Notes: a model not told the origin generated them from the letters alone. A stretch of 64,000 nucleotides of DNA from the human T2T-CHM13v2.0 reference genome, Homo sapiens (GCF_009914755.1 NC_060928.1), one strand, 5' to 3'. Shown: positions 15,436-29,416, counted from the first letter of the stretch. A program made the numbers and translations.

Positions 15436-15952
15436 TAAATTTTGAACATAACAAGCAAGCAAATTTGAACCAGTTCAAATTTTTGTATTTTAGTGTTTAT
15501 TAACAAAACTACTCCCAATCTTAGAACATAATTTCAATTACAACCTAACCTTTTCATCTGGTTGTACATAACCCCCTGCACTTTTCTTACACTCTGTTCA
15601 AACTATATCAATCTTTCTTTCCTGGATAATTCAATGATATTTTTCTCTCCCATTGCCTTAGTCCATGCAATTACTCTGCCTAAAATGCCCTTCCAAGTCT
15701 TGTGCATCTTATCATTTTCCTCATCCTTTCATATCCATCTCAGATGTTACCCCTTCTATACGTCTTCCTTGATCCTTTGGTTTCAATCTGTCCCTCCTTG
15801 AAATTTTCCTAGAACTATCTTGTTTTTAGCACCTGTATTGTACCTACTTGCATTACAATTATTTCTTTACTTATCTTATTCTCTCTAAATTATGAACACT
15901 TGACCATAGAAACTCTTACTTTTTGTCTTCATATTTCCCTCAGGGCCAAAAG

Positions 15953-16073
15953 AAGAGGTTCTCAACATGTGGAGCAGCATCACCTAGCAACTTATTAGAA
16001 ATGCAAAATCTCACACCACACTCCAGATCTACTGAATCAAAAACTGCAGGGCAGGGCTCAGCAGTCGTGGTTT
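15953..16073 (+). mobile_element. MER5A left half (split by an L1 insertion)
   Basis: GGTTCTCAACATGTGG..AGCATCACCTAGCAACTTATTAGAAATGCAAAATCTC..TACTGAATCAAAAACT; 8-bp hAT TSD GCCAAAAG at 15945-15952. Confidence 0.8.
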
Positions 16074-16366
16074 GTTTTTGCTTTTTGGTTTTTTTTTTAA
16101 ACTTTTTGTTTTGAAATAATTAAGGATTCACAGGAAAGTGCAAAGAAATGGACAGAGAGATTCCATTTGCCCTTCATCCAGCTTCCCCTCCATGTTAACA
16201 TCCTGAATGAGTATATAAAGCAATTTCAAAACCAAGAAATTTATATTGGTACAATCCATAGAACTTATTCAGAGATATCACCATTTGTGTGTGTGTGTGT
16301 GTGTCACATGAGCAAATTTATCACAAGTGTAGATTTATGTAACCACCACCACAACCAACATATTTA

Positions 16367-16654
<288 letters not shown>

Positions 16655-16662
16655 TATGTGTG

Positions 16663-16725
<63 letters not shown>

Positions 16726-16747
16726 ATATATATATATACGTACGTAT
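16655..16747. repeat. Compound (TA)n(TG)n(TA)n microsatellite replacing the Alu tail
   Basis: About 90 bp of nearly uninterrupted purine-pyrimidine alternation between the Alu end and its TSD. Confidence 0.95.
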
Positions 16748-16983
16748 ATTTAACCATACCATCACAAGATCCCCTGCGGCACCCCTTTATAGCTATACCC
16801 ATCCTGAACTCCTGGAAATTACTAATATGTTCCCTATATTATTTCATGAGTGAAATCATGCAGTATGTATACTTTTTCATGTAGTGTATGTGCTTTTTTT
16901 CACTTAGCATAAATTCCTTGAGGTTCATTCAAGTTGTGTGTACCAACAGTCCATTCATTTCTACTTTTAATAGTAGTCTGTGG

Positions 16984-17349
16984 TGCTATGGTCTGAGTGT
17001 TTGTGTCCTCCCATAATTTCATATCTTGAAACCTAATTCCCAATGCCACAGTATTAAGAGATAGGACCTATGAGAATAATGAATTAGGTCATGAAGTTCC
17101 AACCTCATGAATGTGATTAGTGTCCTTATAAAGGCTTCTGGAGGGAGTTAGTTCACCCTTCCTACCTACCATCTGAGGATGCAGGTAGAAGGTATCATAT
17201 GAAGCAGAGAGCAAGCCCTGACCAGACACTGAATCTGCCGGCAACTTGATCTTGGGTTTCCCAGCCTCCAGAGCTATGAGCAACACATTTCTGTTGTTTA
17301 CAAATTACACAGTCTACAGTATTTTGTTACAGCAGATCAAACTAAGACA
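16984..17349 (+). mobile_element. MaLR solo LTR (MSTD/MLT1A-like)
   Basis: TGCTATGGTCTGAGTGTTTGTGTCC start; GCCCTGACCAGACACTGAATCTGCCGGC; ACTAAGACA end. Confidence 0.85.
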
Positions 17350-19462
17350 CATGATATGGACATACAGCAGGTCATTTGACCATTCATCTATTGAAGGATA
17401 GTTTAGGTTGTTTCTAATTTGGAGCTCTTAAGAACAAAGCTGCTAAAAACATTCATAGAAAAGTTTGTGTACAAATAGGTTTTTATTTCTCTGGGGTATA
17501 TTCCTGAGAATGTAATTCCTGAATCATTAAAAAGGGGTATGTCCATTTTTAACTGTAAAAGAAACTACCAAACTATTTTCCAGGGTGGCTGTACCATTTT
17601 ACATTCTGACCAGCAATACATGAGTGATCTAGTTTCTCCACATTCACATCAGCCAGTGGCATTTATCACTACTTTTTACTTTTAGCTTTTAGCTGTTCTG
17701 ATAGGAGTGGAATGATATCTCATTGCAGTTTTAATTTGAATTTCTCTAATGCCTAATGATATTGAGCATCTTCTCATCTGTTTAGTTGCCATTTGTATAT
17801 CCTCTTCTGTGAAACGTCTGTGTATGTTATTAGCCCATTTTCTGGTTGGATTGTTTGCTTTTTTTACTGTTGAACTTTAAAGCTTTATTTATATATTCTA
17901 CATACAAGACCTTTGTTAACTATGTGCCTTGAAAATATTTCCTCCCCATCCGTAATTTATGTTTGATCCTTTTAACAGGGTCTTAAGCAGAACAAAAGTT
18001 TTTTAATTTTGATGAAGTTCAGTTTACCAGTTTTCCCATATTTATGTATTGTGCTTTTGATGTCAAGACAAAACAAGGGAGGAGTAATTCCTCCTACTTT
18101 ATTATCCTTTTTCAAAATTATGTTTATTCTACAACCTTTCTCTTTCTAAATAGAATAAGCTTTTCTATGTCTACAAAAAAAAACCTTGCTGAGATTTTAT
18201 AGGAATTGCATTAAGTCTAACAATCAACTTAGAAAGAATTCACACCTTTCCTATGCTGAGTCTTCTAATCCGTGAACACGTTTCTCTCCAAATATTTAGG
18301 ACTTCTGTGATGTTTTTCAGAAGCATTTTATAATAATCATCAAACCAATCCTGTACATGTTTTGTTAGATTTAACCTAAGTATTTCATTTTCTTTGGAGC
18401 AACTATAAATGGCATTTTTAATTTTGGTTTCCACTTATTTATTGTCAGTACTCAGAAAAACAATTATTTTTTCTATGCTGTTCTGGTATTCTGTGACCTT
18501 ATTGAATTCAATTAATTCTAGGAGTTTTGTTTATTTTTGTAGATTACTTGGGATTTTCTATGTAGACAATCAAGTCATCTGAAAATAGAGACAGTTTTAT
18601 TTCTCCATTTCTAATCTATATGCATTTTCTTTCTTTGTCTTGGCTTATTTCACTGACTAGAACTTCAGGCATGACGTTTAATAGAACAGTGGTGAGAGCA
18701 GACATCCTTAACTTAGTGGCAAAAGTATGATGTTAACTGAAGTTTTGTGTTCATGCTCTTTATGAGTTTGAAGAAGTACTGCATTCCTAGTGTACTGAGT
18801 TTTCTCATAAATAACAGCTGAATTTTGCCAAATACCTTTTCTGATATGATTATGTGATTTTTATTGTTTAGTCTGTTGATATGGTGTATTACATTGATTG
18901 AGTTTCAGATATTAAACCAATCTTGTAACCTGGAATACATTCCACTTGGATGTGGTGTGTTATTATTCTTATACATTGTTGGGTTTGATTTGCTAAGATT
19001 TTCTTGGGGAATTTTAGATCGAAGTTCACAAAAGATATTGGTTTGTTGTTTTCTTTTAGGGGTACTTGTCTAGTTTTAGCATCAGGGTAATATTGGCCCC
19101 ATAAAATGAACTGAAACATGCTCCCTTAATTTTCTAGAAGAGATTATGTAAAATTTATATTAATTTTTTAAATATTTGGTAAAAATCCTACAAAAAAAGG
19201 GCCTGGATATTTCTCTTTAAAGAATTGCTAAATGACAAATTCAATTTATTTAGTTATTAAAGTGTTCTTCATGTTATCTACTTCATCGTGGCTTAATTTT
19301 AGTAGATTGTGGTTTTTGAGATATTAGTCCATTTTTTCTAAGCTGTTTGAATTTATTAGTTTAAAGTTGTTCCTAGTAAGCCTGGACTGTCCTTTTAATG
19401 GCTGCAGGATATATAATGGGATCTCTTGTCAACACAGATATTGGTGATTTTTTTCTTCTTAA

Positions 19463-19755
19463 TTTTTTTTTTTTGAGTCACAGTCTTGCTCTGTCACCCA
19501 CACCATAATGAAGTTGTACAATCTCAGTTCACTGCAGACTCAACCTCCCGGACCTAAGCGATCCCCCACCTCAGCCTCCCAAGTAGCTAGGACTACAAGT
19601 GCATGCCTCCATGCTTGGCTATTTTTTTAAATTTTTTGTAGAGACAGGGCCTCACTATATTGCCCAGACTGGTCTTGAACGCCTAGGCTGAAGTAATCCT
19701 CCTGCCTTGACGTCCAAAGTACTAGAATTACAGGCATGAGTCACCATGCCTGGCC
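19463..19755 (-). mobile_element. AluJ
   Basis: Poly-T, CACTGCAGACTCAACCTCC, TTTTGTAGAGACAGGG, ends CCTGGCC. Confidence 0.9.
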
Positions 19756-19967
19756 TTCTTCTCTATTTTTATCTTTGTCAGTCTTACTAGAGGTTTATCC
19801 ATTTCATTGATTTAAAAAAAAGAGGGATTTGTTTCATTAATTTTTTCTAATGTTTTCCTATTTTAAATTCCACTGATTTCTGCTATCTTGATATCTGCTG
19901 CCCACCTTTCTGCTTGCTTTGGGTTTATTTTTACTCATTTTTCTAATTTCTTGAGGTAGAAACTTAG

Positions 19968-20546
19968 GATGATGGTTAATTTTGTGTGTAAACTTGATGG
20001 GGTCACAAGGTGCCCAGAGGTTTGGTTAAACATTATTTCTAGGTGTGTCTGTGAGGATTTCTCTGGAGGTTAGCATTTAAATCTGCAGGCTCTAAAGCAG
20101 AAGTAAAATAAAGAAGTTTGCCCTTCCCAGTGTGGGTGGGCCTCATCTAATCCACTGAGGACTGAAAAGCACAAAAAGATAGAAGAGAGAATTCTCTCCG
20201 CATGACTGCTTGAGCTGAAACATCAGTCTTCTGCCCTTGGACTAAGGCTTACACCATTGGTACTCCTGGTTCTCAGGCCTTCGGACTTGAGCTAGAATTG
20301 ACACCGATTCTCTGGTTTCTCTGGGCTCTCAGGCCTTCAGACTCAGACTAGAACTGGCTTTCCTGGGTCCTCAGCTTGCAAATGGCAGAATATGGGACTG
20401 CTCAGCCTCAATAATTACATCAGAGACAATTATTCACAATAAATCTCTTTCTAGATACACAGATATCTAGATAACTATATATATCCAGAGAGAGATCAAT
20501 AGATAGATCTCCTATTGGTTCCATTTCTCTGGAGAACCCTAATACA
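19968..20546 (+). mobile_element. MLT2 (ERVL) solo LTR
   Basis: GATGGTTAATTTTGTGTGTAAACTTGA start; CTATTGGTTCCATTTCTCTGGAGAACCCTAATACA end; perfect 5-bp TSD CTTAG at 19963-19967 and 20547-20551. Confidence 0.9.
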
Positions 20547-21060
20547 CTTAGATTATTGATTTGAGATCATTCTTCTCTAATGGAAGCAGTGAGCCCTCTC
20601 ATCCCAGCTTTATCTGCATTTTGCAAATTTTGATAAGTGTTTTAATTTTTATTCAGTTTTATGTATTTTTAAATTTCCTTTGAGATTTTAGCTTTGACTC
20701 GGATTATTTAGAGGTAAGTTGTTTAATTCCTAAGTGCTTAGAGATTTTCCAGTTGTCTTTCATGCAGTAATTTCTAGCTTCATTTCATTATAGTCAGAAA
20801 GCACATTCTTTGTGATTTTAATTCTTTAAATTGCTTAATGTTTGTTTTATGACCCAGGACATAGTCTATCTCTGTGAATGTTCTATGGTGCTTGAAAAGA
20901 ATGTGCATTCTGTTTATGTCAGTTGAAATGTTCTATAAACGGCCATTAGATCCTCTTGTTTGATGGTGTTGTTCGGTTGCATATCCTTGCTAATATCCTT
21001 TCTAGTAGTTCTATCAGTTCCTGAGAATGGGGTGCTGTTGGTCCCAATCAAATACAATAA

Positions 21061-21117
21061 GAGTTTTAACAAGCTCTCCAGGTGATTCTAATGTGCACTA
21101 AAGTTTGAGAGCCACTG
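21061..21117 (+). mobile_element. MER5A right half
   Basis: GTTTTAACAAGCTCTCCAGGTGATTCTAATGTGCACTAAAGTTTGAGAGCCACTG; TSD GCCTAGAG at 21118-21125 matches the left TSD at 6/8 positions. Confidence 0.85.
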
Positions 21118-21519
21118 GCCTAGAGTAGAATAATTCAATTAAGTTTGTTGAGTTGGATAAAACTTCACTTTCTTATAAACTGTAAATTAGAATGGTTTAT
21201 TTTATAACTTGATACTGTTTTTAGGCAGTACAAAAAATTATTCTGAGTTAGGAAGGTAGGAAGACAAGGGAAGTTCTCATCCTGTGTTCCCATATGTAAC
21301 TAAAATAATTATTATTTTAATTATTTGCCCCACAACTCCTCCCATAGATACAGGTGTATCTCAAGCAGCAATGCGTATGCATATAAGGGAGCAATGCATA
21401 TAAAACTCCAAAAAGCTTCAGAGTTTTAACTAAACCCAAGTTGTACATTTAAAGCCAATATTAAACTTAAATGAAGAGCCACATAATACCTTAGCCTACC
21501 ATTTCTGAGACTGGTCAGT

Positions 21520-21900
21520 TTATTTATGTGTGCATTTGATTAATGCACATTTATTTTCTCCTCTCATGATCCAAGAACTGTACCAGGTGCTAGACATAGA
21601 TTACAGAATAAGACATGGAGCTCACTATGTATGCAAATATTTAGTGTCATTGTAGCAAGCATTATCAAAAAGATGTACAGAGTGCTAAGATAGCACAGCA
21701 GAAGGCCTAGCCTGGTCCACGAGGATCAGGGAAGGTTTTCCTGATTAATTATCAGGTGATCTGAGGTTTCAAGAATGAGTCAAACTTGGCTTAATGAAGA
21801 GGAAGAAAATGAGATTAAAAATCAAGCAAACCACATTTGCCAAGAGCTAAAAGAAACAGCTTGACCTCATACACTGGGAGGGGCAGTAAAGCTGCACCAT
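21520..21900 (-). mobile_element. L2 fragment
   Basis: TGTACCAGGTGCTAG..GAATAAGACATGG..GATCAGGGAAGGTTTTCCTGA..GATCTGAG. Confidence 0.55.
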
Positions 21901-22294
21901 CAAGAATGTCCAGGGTGATGGTGGAAACTAAAGGAAGTACCCGTCTACCTGAAGTGTTCTATATGAAGATGACGGCTTCCAGCCAGCTCAAGCGCATTTC
22001 ACCAAGTCAGTGAGACTGAGCACCTGTAAAATCACAATAGGCTCCACTTACCTAACCCAACTATCTTCTGGGAACAATACCAGGATCCTTCCGAACATTC
22101 ACTTCTGTAATTTCTTGGGTCTACATCAACACAGTTTGGCCTCTACTGGAACGAAAGCCACGAAGGGGCGTATTTACAAAGTAAATGGGAAAACAATCTG
22201 CATTTGGATTTCCAATTCTGCATTTGGAAACCTTTTTCCATTAACCCCTGGGCATTGGAGGAGGATAAGAAAGTAACCCAGAGACAGGAAAGAA

Positions 22295-22515
22295 AATTAA
22301 CATTTTTCAAGTGCTTACTATCTGCCAGGCACTAGACTGAGAGTTTTACATATGCTATCTGTGTTTATCTTTTCTAATCTTCACAGGACCCCAGGAAATG
22401 GGCATTATTTTTCTCATTTTAAAATATGGGAACAAAATACAGAAAAGTGAAGTAACTTTCTCAAGGGAGGAAGTAAATGGCCAAGTCCAGAGCTGAGCCC
22501 CGGGTCTGTATGGAA
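22295..22515 (-). mobile_element. MIR
   Basis: AACATTTTTCAAGTGCTTACTATCTGCCAGGCACT..CTCATTTTAAAATATGGGAAC..GTGAAGTAACTTTCTCAAGG. Confidence 0.8.
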
Positions 22516-25152
22516 ACAAGCTGGGCAGATCTCCACTTGGGGCTGCTTCCCTGGGAGCTGTGTTCCATCCCAAGGACACAAGTCCCCCTTTCTCTTCCAC
22601 CCCCATTGTTGTTTCTTTTCCTTCTGCCCTCCTAGTCTGCCCCGCAGATTTACTCCAACTCTCCCCCGATATCGGCCCCTCTCTGATTCTCCCTCTTACA
22701 TGTACCAAAACTTCTTCTGCAATACTCAATCACCAAAGCAGGATGTTCTCCCCAAGAACCTGAACATCTATCTTATAAGTTTAATGTTGAGAATGTATAG
22801 TGCCAGCCATACCGTGCTAAGAAAGTTCAAAACCACTATTTCCCTACTTCCTTTATTACAGTGTTACAGGCAGAATCTTTGGACTCAACAGCCTAAAGGA
22901 AACATTTTTAGCTCTACCACTGATATATTACTCTGTTTCAAGATCTTATTGCTATTGTATTCATATGATTTTATTTGGATTCTAATATGACTTTGGGGGA
23001 ATGTCGGACCTGTAAAACATATTTATGCAGCTGCAGTAAAAGAATTGAGATGGCTGTGAAGGGAACAAGAGAGAACAAAACACTGGAAGATGCCAGGAGT
23101 TACCGTGGATACACTATTTCTGTTATCTGGTATGGACTCACACAGGAACAATTTCCTAAAGTATACAGATAAAGATTGAAAAGCCAAAATATAATTTCAG
23201 TTGAGAAGAAGATTGTGTTAGTGTTTTTTTTTTCTATTCTAGACAAAGGACATATAAGCTCCAGAAAGTAATATTTTCCAAATTCTAGTGTATACATTTA
23301 TAGTAACTTTAGATTTTAATCAGTTGTAAAAAACACAATCACAATTTATCTAGGCTGCAATGGGAACTATCAAGTAGAATAAGTATGAAAACATGTGAAT
23401 ACAGTTTTTAAGATGAGGTGATTTCATTTGATGGAAATAAAATGTTGAGAATCTATGAAGCTCATATACTTTTTTTTCTCATCTCTGGAACCAAAGAAAG
23501 CATTAGCTTAAAATGGCCTGATTATGAATGTTATTTCAAACAAAATTTCTTTATTTTTTTTCTCCAGGTGAACAAATATTGTACAAATATTGGCACTAGG
23601 TTAGCATCACTGTCCAGGCAAGCAGAGAGTCCTGGAGAGTCTAAACAATAAAGAATAGAAAGCCAGCCTCACTTACTGTAGTAGCTACCTGGCAATACTG
23701 GCAGAGTCTTACACTGTCGAGAAGCAGAGTGAAGTATTTGGTTTTCTATGCGGCATTTCGTTTTGAACTCTCTACGTTGTACTTAAGACCACAGATTTAC
23801 GTCCTTAGAGGAAAAAAAGCTGCCAACAGGAATTATTAGCCTGACTCTAGCTGCCTTGATTCAGATGCTCATTTAGTGCTGATGGACAGACTAGCAGATA
23901 TTCTCTGGCTTAGGAAAGCTGCTTGGGAAAAGGTTGGTAGCGCTCTTAGAAAAAAAACTCTAACATTTTACCTTTCTCTGGGATCACCAACTTCAGGCAG
24001 ACATTTAAGTGGACTCAGACTAATAAATTGACTGAATTACTATCCTAGCCTCCTGAAGTGTTCATGTTAGTATGTGCATGTGTGCACCTGTGTCTGTATT
24101 GATATTTAGGTGGGGGAGAAATCTTGTCACCCTTGATCAAATAGCAGACATGCTAGGAAGCCAGATCCTTGGCCATACCTATAAACCATGTCTATACTCA
24201 CCTCCCCACACAAACACCTTTCAGATGTATTTATCTTATAAAGGAACACACCAACAACCACACACACATCCAATAAACATGTATCACATACAGCCAATGT
24301 GATTCTGCAAATATGTATGGGCCACTTTTATGTTATGAGCATGCATGTCCTAGATATCAGCACTGGAGATATGACAATGATAGGGCACAAGCTGTAACTT
24401 CAGGAGCTCCCAATGAATCTAGATCTTAAAATATTTCAGCAGTTGAGGAATAGAGAAGAAAACAAGGAAGATACTTCAGGTGAAGTAAAACACATGACTC
24501 CAGGAGACAAAACTGCCTACTATTACTCCAGGTAATAGTAAAGCTCATAGGAGTCAAGTTGGTCTTAATTTGTCCATGAGAAACTAGGAGCCATTGAAAG
24601 GTTTTTGTGGCTTTTGTTGGGGTGAAAGAATGATAGTACCCGAGTCATATTTTAGAGATAGGACTCTGGCAGCACTGTGGAAGAATTGGTGTGGAGAGGG
24701 AAATGGAAAGCAGAGGGACAATTTAGAAGACGATTTTCACAGTGAAAACAATACAACAGGGAAGCAAAGGTAGAAATTGGGTAATTTTTAAGAAATAGAA
24801 TTTACAAAACTGACTAAAAGAGAGAGAAAACCTAAAGAGAAATTAAAATAGAAAAAGAAAAAGTTGTCAAAGAACTCACTACCTCATCACCCACCCCGCC
24901 CTCTATGCACACACACAACCATCTATAAAAGGACCTTGTCCAGATAGTTTTATAGGGGAAAAAATCTACCAAACTTTTAAAGACAAGTAATTCCAATGTT
25001 ACTTGAGTGATTTCATAGTATAGAAAGAGGCATGTATAAATGAAACTCCACATTAACACCTAAACCTGAGAGAGCACATCAAAAAATACAAAACCATAGG
25101 TGAACATCTCAAGAATGTCAATGCAAAATGCCTAATAAAACTATCAACACGT

Positions 25153-25462
<310 letters not shown>

Positions 25463-25476
25463 TTATCAAGGAACAT

Positions 25477-25864
25477 TGCTATAGTTTGAGTGTGTCCCCC
25501 AAAGTTCATATGTTGAAAACTTAATTTCCAGTGCAACCATGTTGAGAGGTGGGACTTTTAAGAGGTGATTAGGTCCTCAAGAGCTCTGCCTTCATGAATG
25601 TATTAATATTAACACAATTATCAAGGAAATGTGTTTCTTATAAAAGCATCAATTTAGCCCCTTTCCTTCTCCTCTCAATTCCCCATCCCCCACCTCATTC
25701 TCTTGCCCTGCCACCTTCTGTCATAGGATGACACAGCAAGAAGGCCCTTGCTAGATGTGGCCCCTTGATCCTCCAGAAAAACTGTAAGCCACATAAATTT
25801 CTATTCATTATAAGTGATCCTGTTTTTGGTATTCTGTTATAGCAGCACAAAATGGACTAAGACA
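25477..25864 (+). mobile_element. MST-family (MSTC/MSTB1-like) MaLR solo LTR
   Basis: TGCTATAGTTTGAGTGTGTCCCCCAAAGTTCATATGTTG start; AAATGGACTAAGACA end; TSD AACAT/AACTT. Confidence 0.85.
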
Positions 25865-27829
25865 AACTTCTCCAAATATGCTGCAAAGGTATTTGATAAA
25901 AGCCAACATTTATTTCTGTTCATATCTTTCGTCTATTTTTCTATTGGGTTATTGGTCATTTTTTATTAATTTGTAAAGTTCATATGGAAAAAAATATTAA
26001 TTTGTAAGAGTCCTTTATGTATAGTCTATATATAATTCCTCTGTGGCAAATATCTTCTCCTAGTTTGTAGTCTGTCTTTTAATTCTCCTTATGATTTATT
26101 CTGAAAAACAAGCAGTCTTAAATTTTCATCTAGTCAAATATATCAATATTTCACATGTTGTTTCTTCTTGTTTGATCTAAGCATCACTCTCAAAAATTTC
26201 TTTTTAAAAGTGTTCATGAATTTTAAGATCTCCTCTTATTAAAACAGCTTTTAATAAAATAAAAACATGTTTGTATGAGATGCCCAGTGGCACCATATGG
26301 TTTATTTTGGTAGGCAGCATCCTTGCAGATAAAAGAAAATCTATGTTTAGTTGAGTTTAATTGAGTTATATTATAGAATAGACTTCCCTGGAGTAAATTA
26401 TGAAATACCCACTAGAAATGTAAAAAAGATCAGTGAATGTTAAGAGTATAGCTAGATATGTAGAGTGTATGAAATTATGACAAGGATACACTCATGTTCC
26501 AGGAGCAAGAAGTGAACCTGGGTCTCCTTTAGGACAGAAGATGAAGATCAGCCCAGACTAACTTTGCACAGGTCTTAGCCAAGATCATCAGTGTGATGTC
26601 TAATCTACCTGCACTAGACAGATAATAAAGTCACCAGACATTACTCTGGTCAACTAACCAGATAAAGAGTTGTTGAAGGACCCCAACTACGCCTCCTGCC
26701 ACAGGACAGCCAGCAAGTTCTATGCCGAGCCTTAGCTTACCACGTTATGAGCTTACCAGGTTATGAGCAGGTTATGAGCAGGCTCCTTTCTCAAGAGCCA
26801 GGATGAAGAGGCACTGCCCTGCCCCAAATCAGGCTTGTATGTGCCAATACGCAGTTGCTCCTTCTTTAACGATTCTTTTCTTCTGAAAATCTTCTAGTGT
26901 ATTCATTATTTTTGAAAGCAGCTTTTAAATCTGAGAAGAACATTACCATACATTAGTTCTCCATTTCTGCATTAACTTCATTTGTTGGAAAGAAATTATA
27001 TATTTTGCCCACGAACCAAAGCCAGCCATTAAGTTATATGAATTTACCTTCTTTGCACACATTGAGGTCTGGCAGAGAAGACACATGTTCCCTGGCCTGG
27101 AGTGGGCTGACAATATTGCTGCCTTCCCTAAATTGACTCAATCCTGAGACCTTAGGAGCCAGTAAATCCCACATACTGCAGTGACAGTTGAAAATGAATC
27201 AGAAATATTCCTTTCTCTCCTAAAGGAAATCCATCATGGCATTATCATTCTTTAAGGACAATAAGATGTCCTTTCCCTCAAAACTTAAAGCCCTTGATGA
27301 AAGATTCAGCTCAGATTTGCTGCCAACCCATTGGTGAGCACAGAATGAATGGCTGTGCTTTGGCATGGCTTCTATATCATAGCAAATCACTTCTCAGAGG
27401 GGAAAAGCCAAGCTCCAGACAAGGAGTGCCATTAGCCCAAGGGCAAGAGCAGTAGACACACAGGCTGTAAGCACAGGACTGTACACAGAGCCCTTATTGG
27501 CATCTCCACGGGGAGGCCCAGCAATCCGATGTTAGAAGCGAGGACTCATGGCTCTGAGTGCCGTGCATACAGGAGATACTCTATAATACTAAATCAAAGC
27601 ACATAAGCAAGTGCTGGGTAAATCATACCTAATGGAATAAAGAGTAACATTCGGTTATTATTCTGGCTATTTTTTAAACGTTACTTCATACTTCAGAAGT
27701 ATGCATGTATGAAATTGTATCTTATTTCTGTTTTTTAGAGCTTAAGAAAGATACTGGCTCTTAATTCCTGTTATCTGAACGCCAAATGAATTTTTGAAAT
27801 AAATGTTTTACCAGCAAAAAAAAAGAATA

Positions 27830-28830
27830 TATATTTCTTATCATAATATAATACATACATCCCAGTTCCAAAGCTAGCATCATACTTAGTGAGGAAGCAC
27901 AAGGAGTATCTCATTAAAGCCAAAAACAATACAAGGTGAATGTGAGAGAGATGTCTAGAAAAAAATATATAAGGATGTCCATTACCACCACCACTATTCA
28001 ACATTTTCCTGCATATATTATCCGAGACAACTAGAGAAAAGAAAGACATAAAGTATATAAATTAGGAAGAAAAGTGCTGAAGTATTTGCATATGGTTGTA
28101 TCATATACCTGAAAAACCAAAAGAATCAACTAAAAAGTTATTATAAACAACAACAAAATTCAGTAGAGTGAACAAATAAAATATCCAGAAATCAATAGCT
28201 CCTGTTTAGAAGAACAACAACCAGTTAGAAAGTCTGGCTATTTTTACAATAGAAATACATTACAATAGAAATACACATTCACATGTGCAAAATCCACATG
28301 ATTAAGTGTTTTAAATCATGTAAGACCTAAAAAATATTTGAACAACTAGAAAGTCATATGCTATTCTTTGAAAGACTCTATATTATGAAGATGATGAAAA
28401 TGTCAATTTAACATAATACCATTAAAATGCCAAAACAACTTTTTTTAACCAGACAAGTTGATTCTAAAGTTCAAATGGGAAAAATAATCCACAAAAATAA
28501 GCAGGATAATTCTTAAAAAGAAGAAGAAAAGGAGAAGACTAGCCCTAAAGATATTAAAATGTACACATATAATAATGTAACAATTAAAAGTGAGATATTG
28601 AAGCATGATTAAACAGACATGGCAACTGAAGAGAAAAACAAATGCCAGAAAAAATTCCAAACTCATGCAAGGATCTGTCATATAATAAAGGCATTATTTC
28701 AAATTGGCATTGAAAAAACTGGGTACCATGCAGAAAAATATGATTTTGTAACTATATCCTGCATCATAAATTCTATGTGGATCAAAATTCTAATGCAAAA
28801 AACTGAAACAAAAAAAAGTATTTAAATGAA
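27830..28830 (+). mobile_element. Ancient L1M ORF2 fragments
   Basis: AAGGATGTCCATTACCACCACCACTATTCAACATT, GAAAAACCAAAAGAATCAACTAAAAAG, GACAAGTTGATTCTAAAGTTCA. Confidence 0.7.
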
Positions 28831-29080
28831 ATATTAAAAAATCTTAAATGCTCAGCAATTTATTTTATGAATATCAACAAACTGATTAAAGTTTATATGG
28901 AGAGGCAAAAGACCAAGAATAGTAAAAACAATATTGAAGAAAAATAAAAAAGTTGAAGGACTGACACCACCCAGATTTGACTTACTCTAAAGTTACAATA
29001 ATCAAGACAGTGCGGTATTGGTGAAAGAATAGACAAATAGCTCAATGGAACAGAATACAGCTCAGAAATGGACCCATATA

Positions 29081-29416
29081 GACCGGGCATGGTGGCTTAC
29101 ATGGGTCAAGTGCTTTCGGTAATCCCAGCACTTCAGGAGGCTGATGCAGCAGGATTGCTTGAGCCTGGGAGTTCAATATCAGCCTAGGCAACATGGCAAG
29201 ACCTCTTCTTTACAAAAACTAAAAATAAAAATTAGCCAGGAACAGTGGCATGCACCTGTAGTACCAGCTACTCAGGTGGCTAAGATGGGAGGGTTGATTG
29301 AGCCCAGGAGGTCGAGGATGATTGTACCTCTGTACAGTGAGCATGATTGTACCACTGCACTCCAACCTGATCAACAGAGCAACTCCCTGTCTCAAAAAGA
29401 AAATAAAAAGAAAAAT
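29081..29416 (+). mobile_element. AluJ with a short internal insertion and an internal duplication
   Basis: 15-bp TSD AAAT(G/A)GACCCATATA at 29066-29080 and 29417-29431; J-type sequence. Confidence 0.9.
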
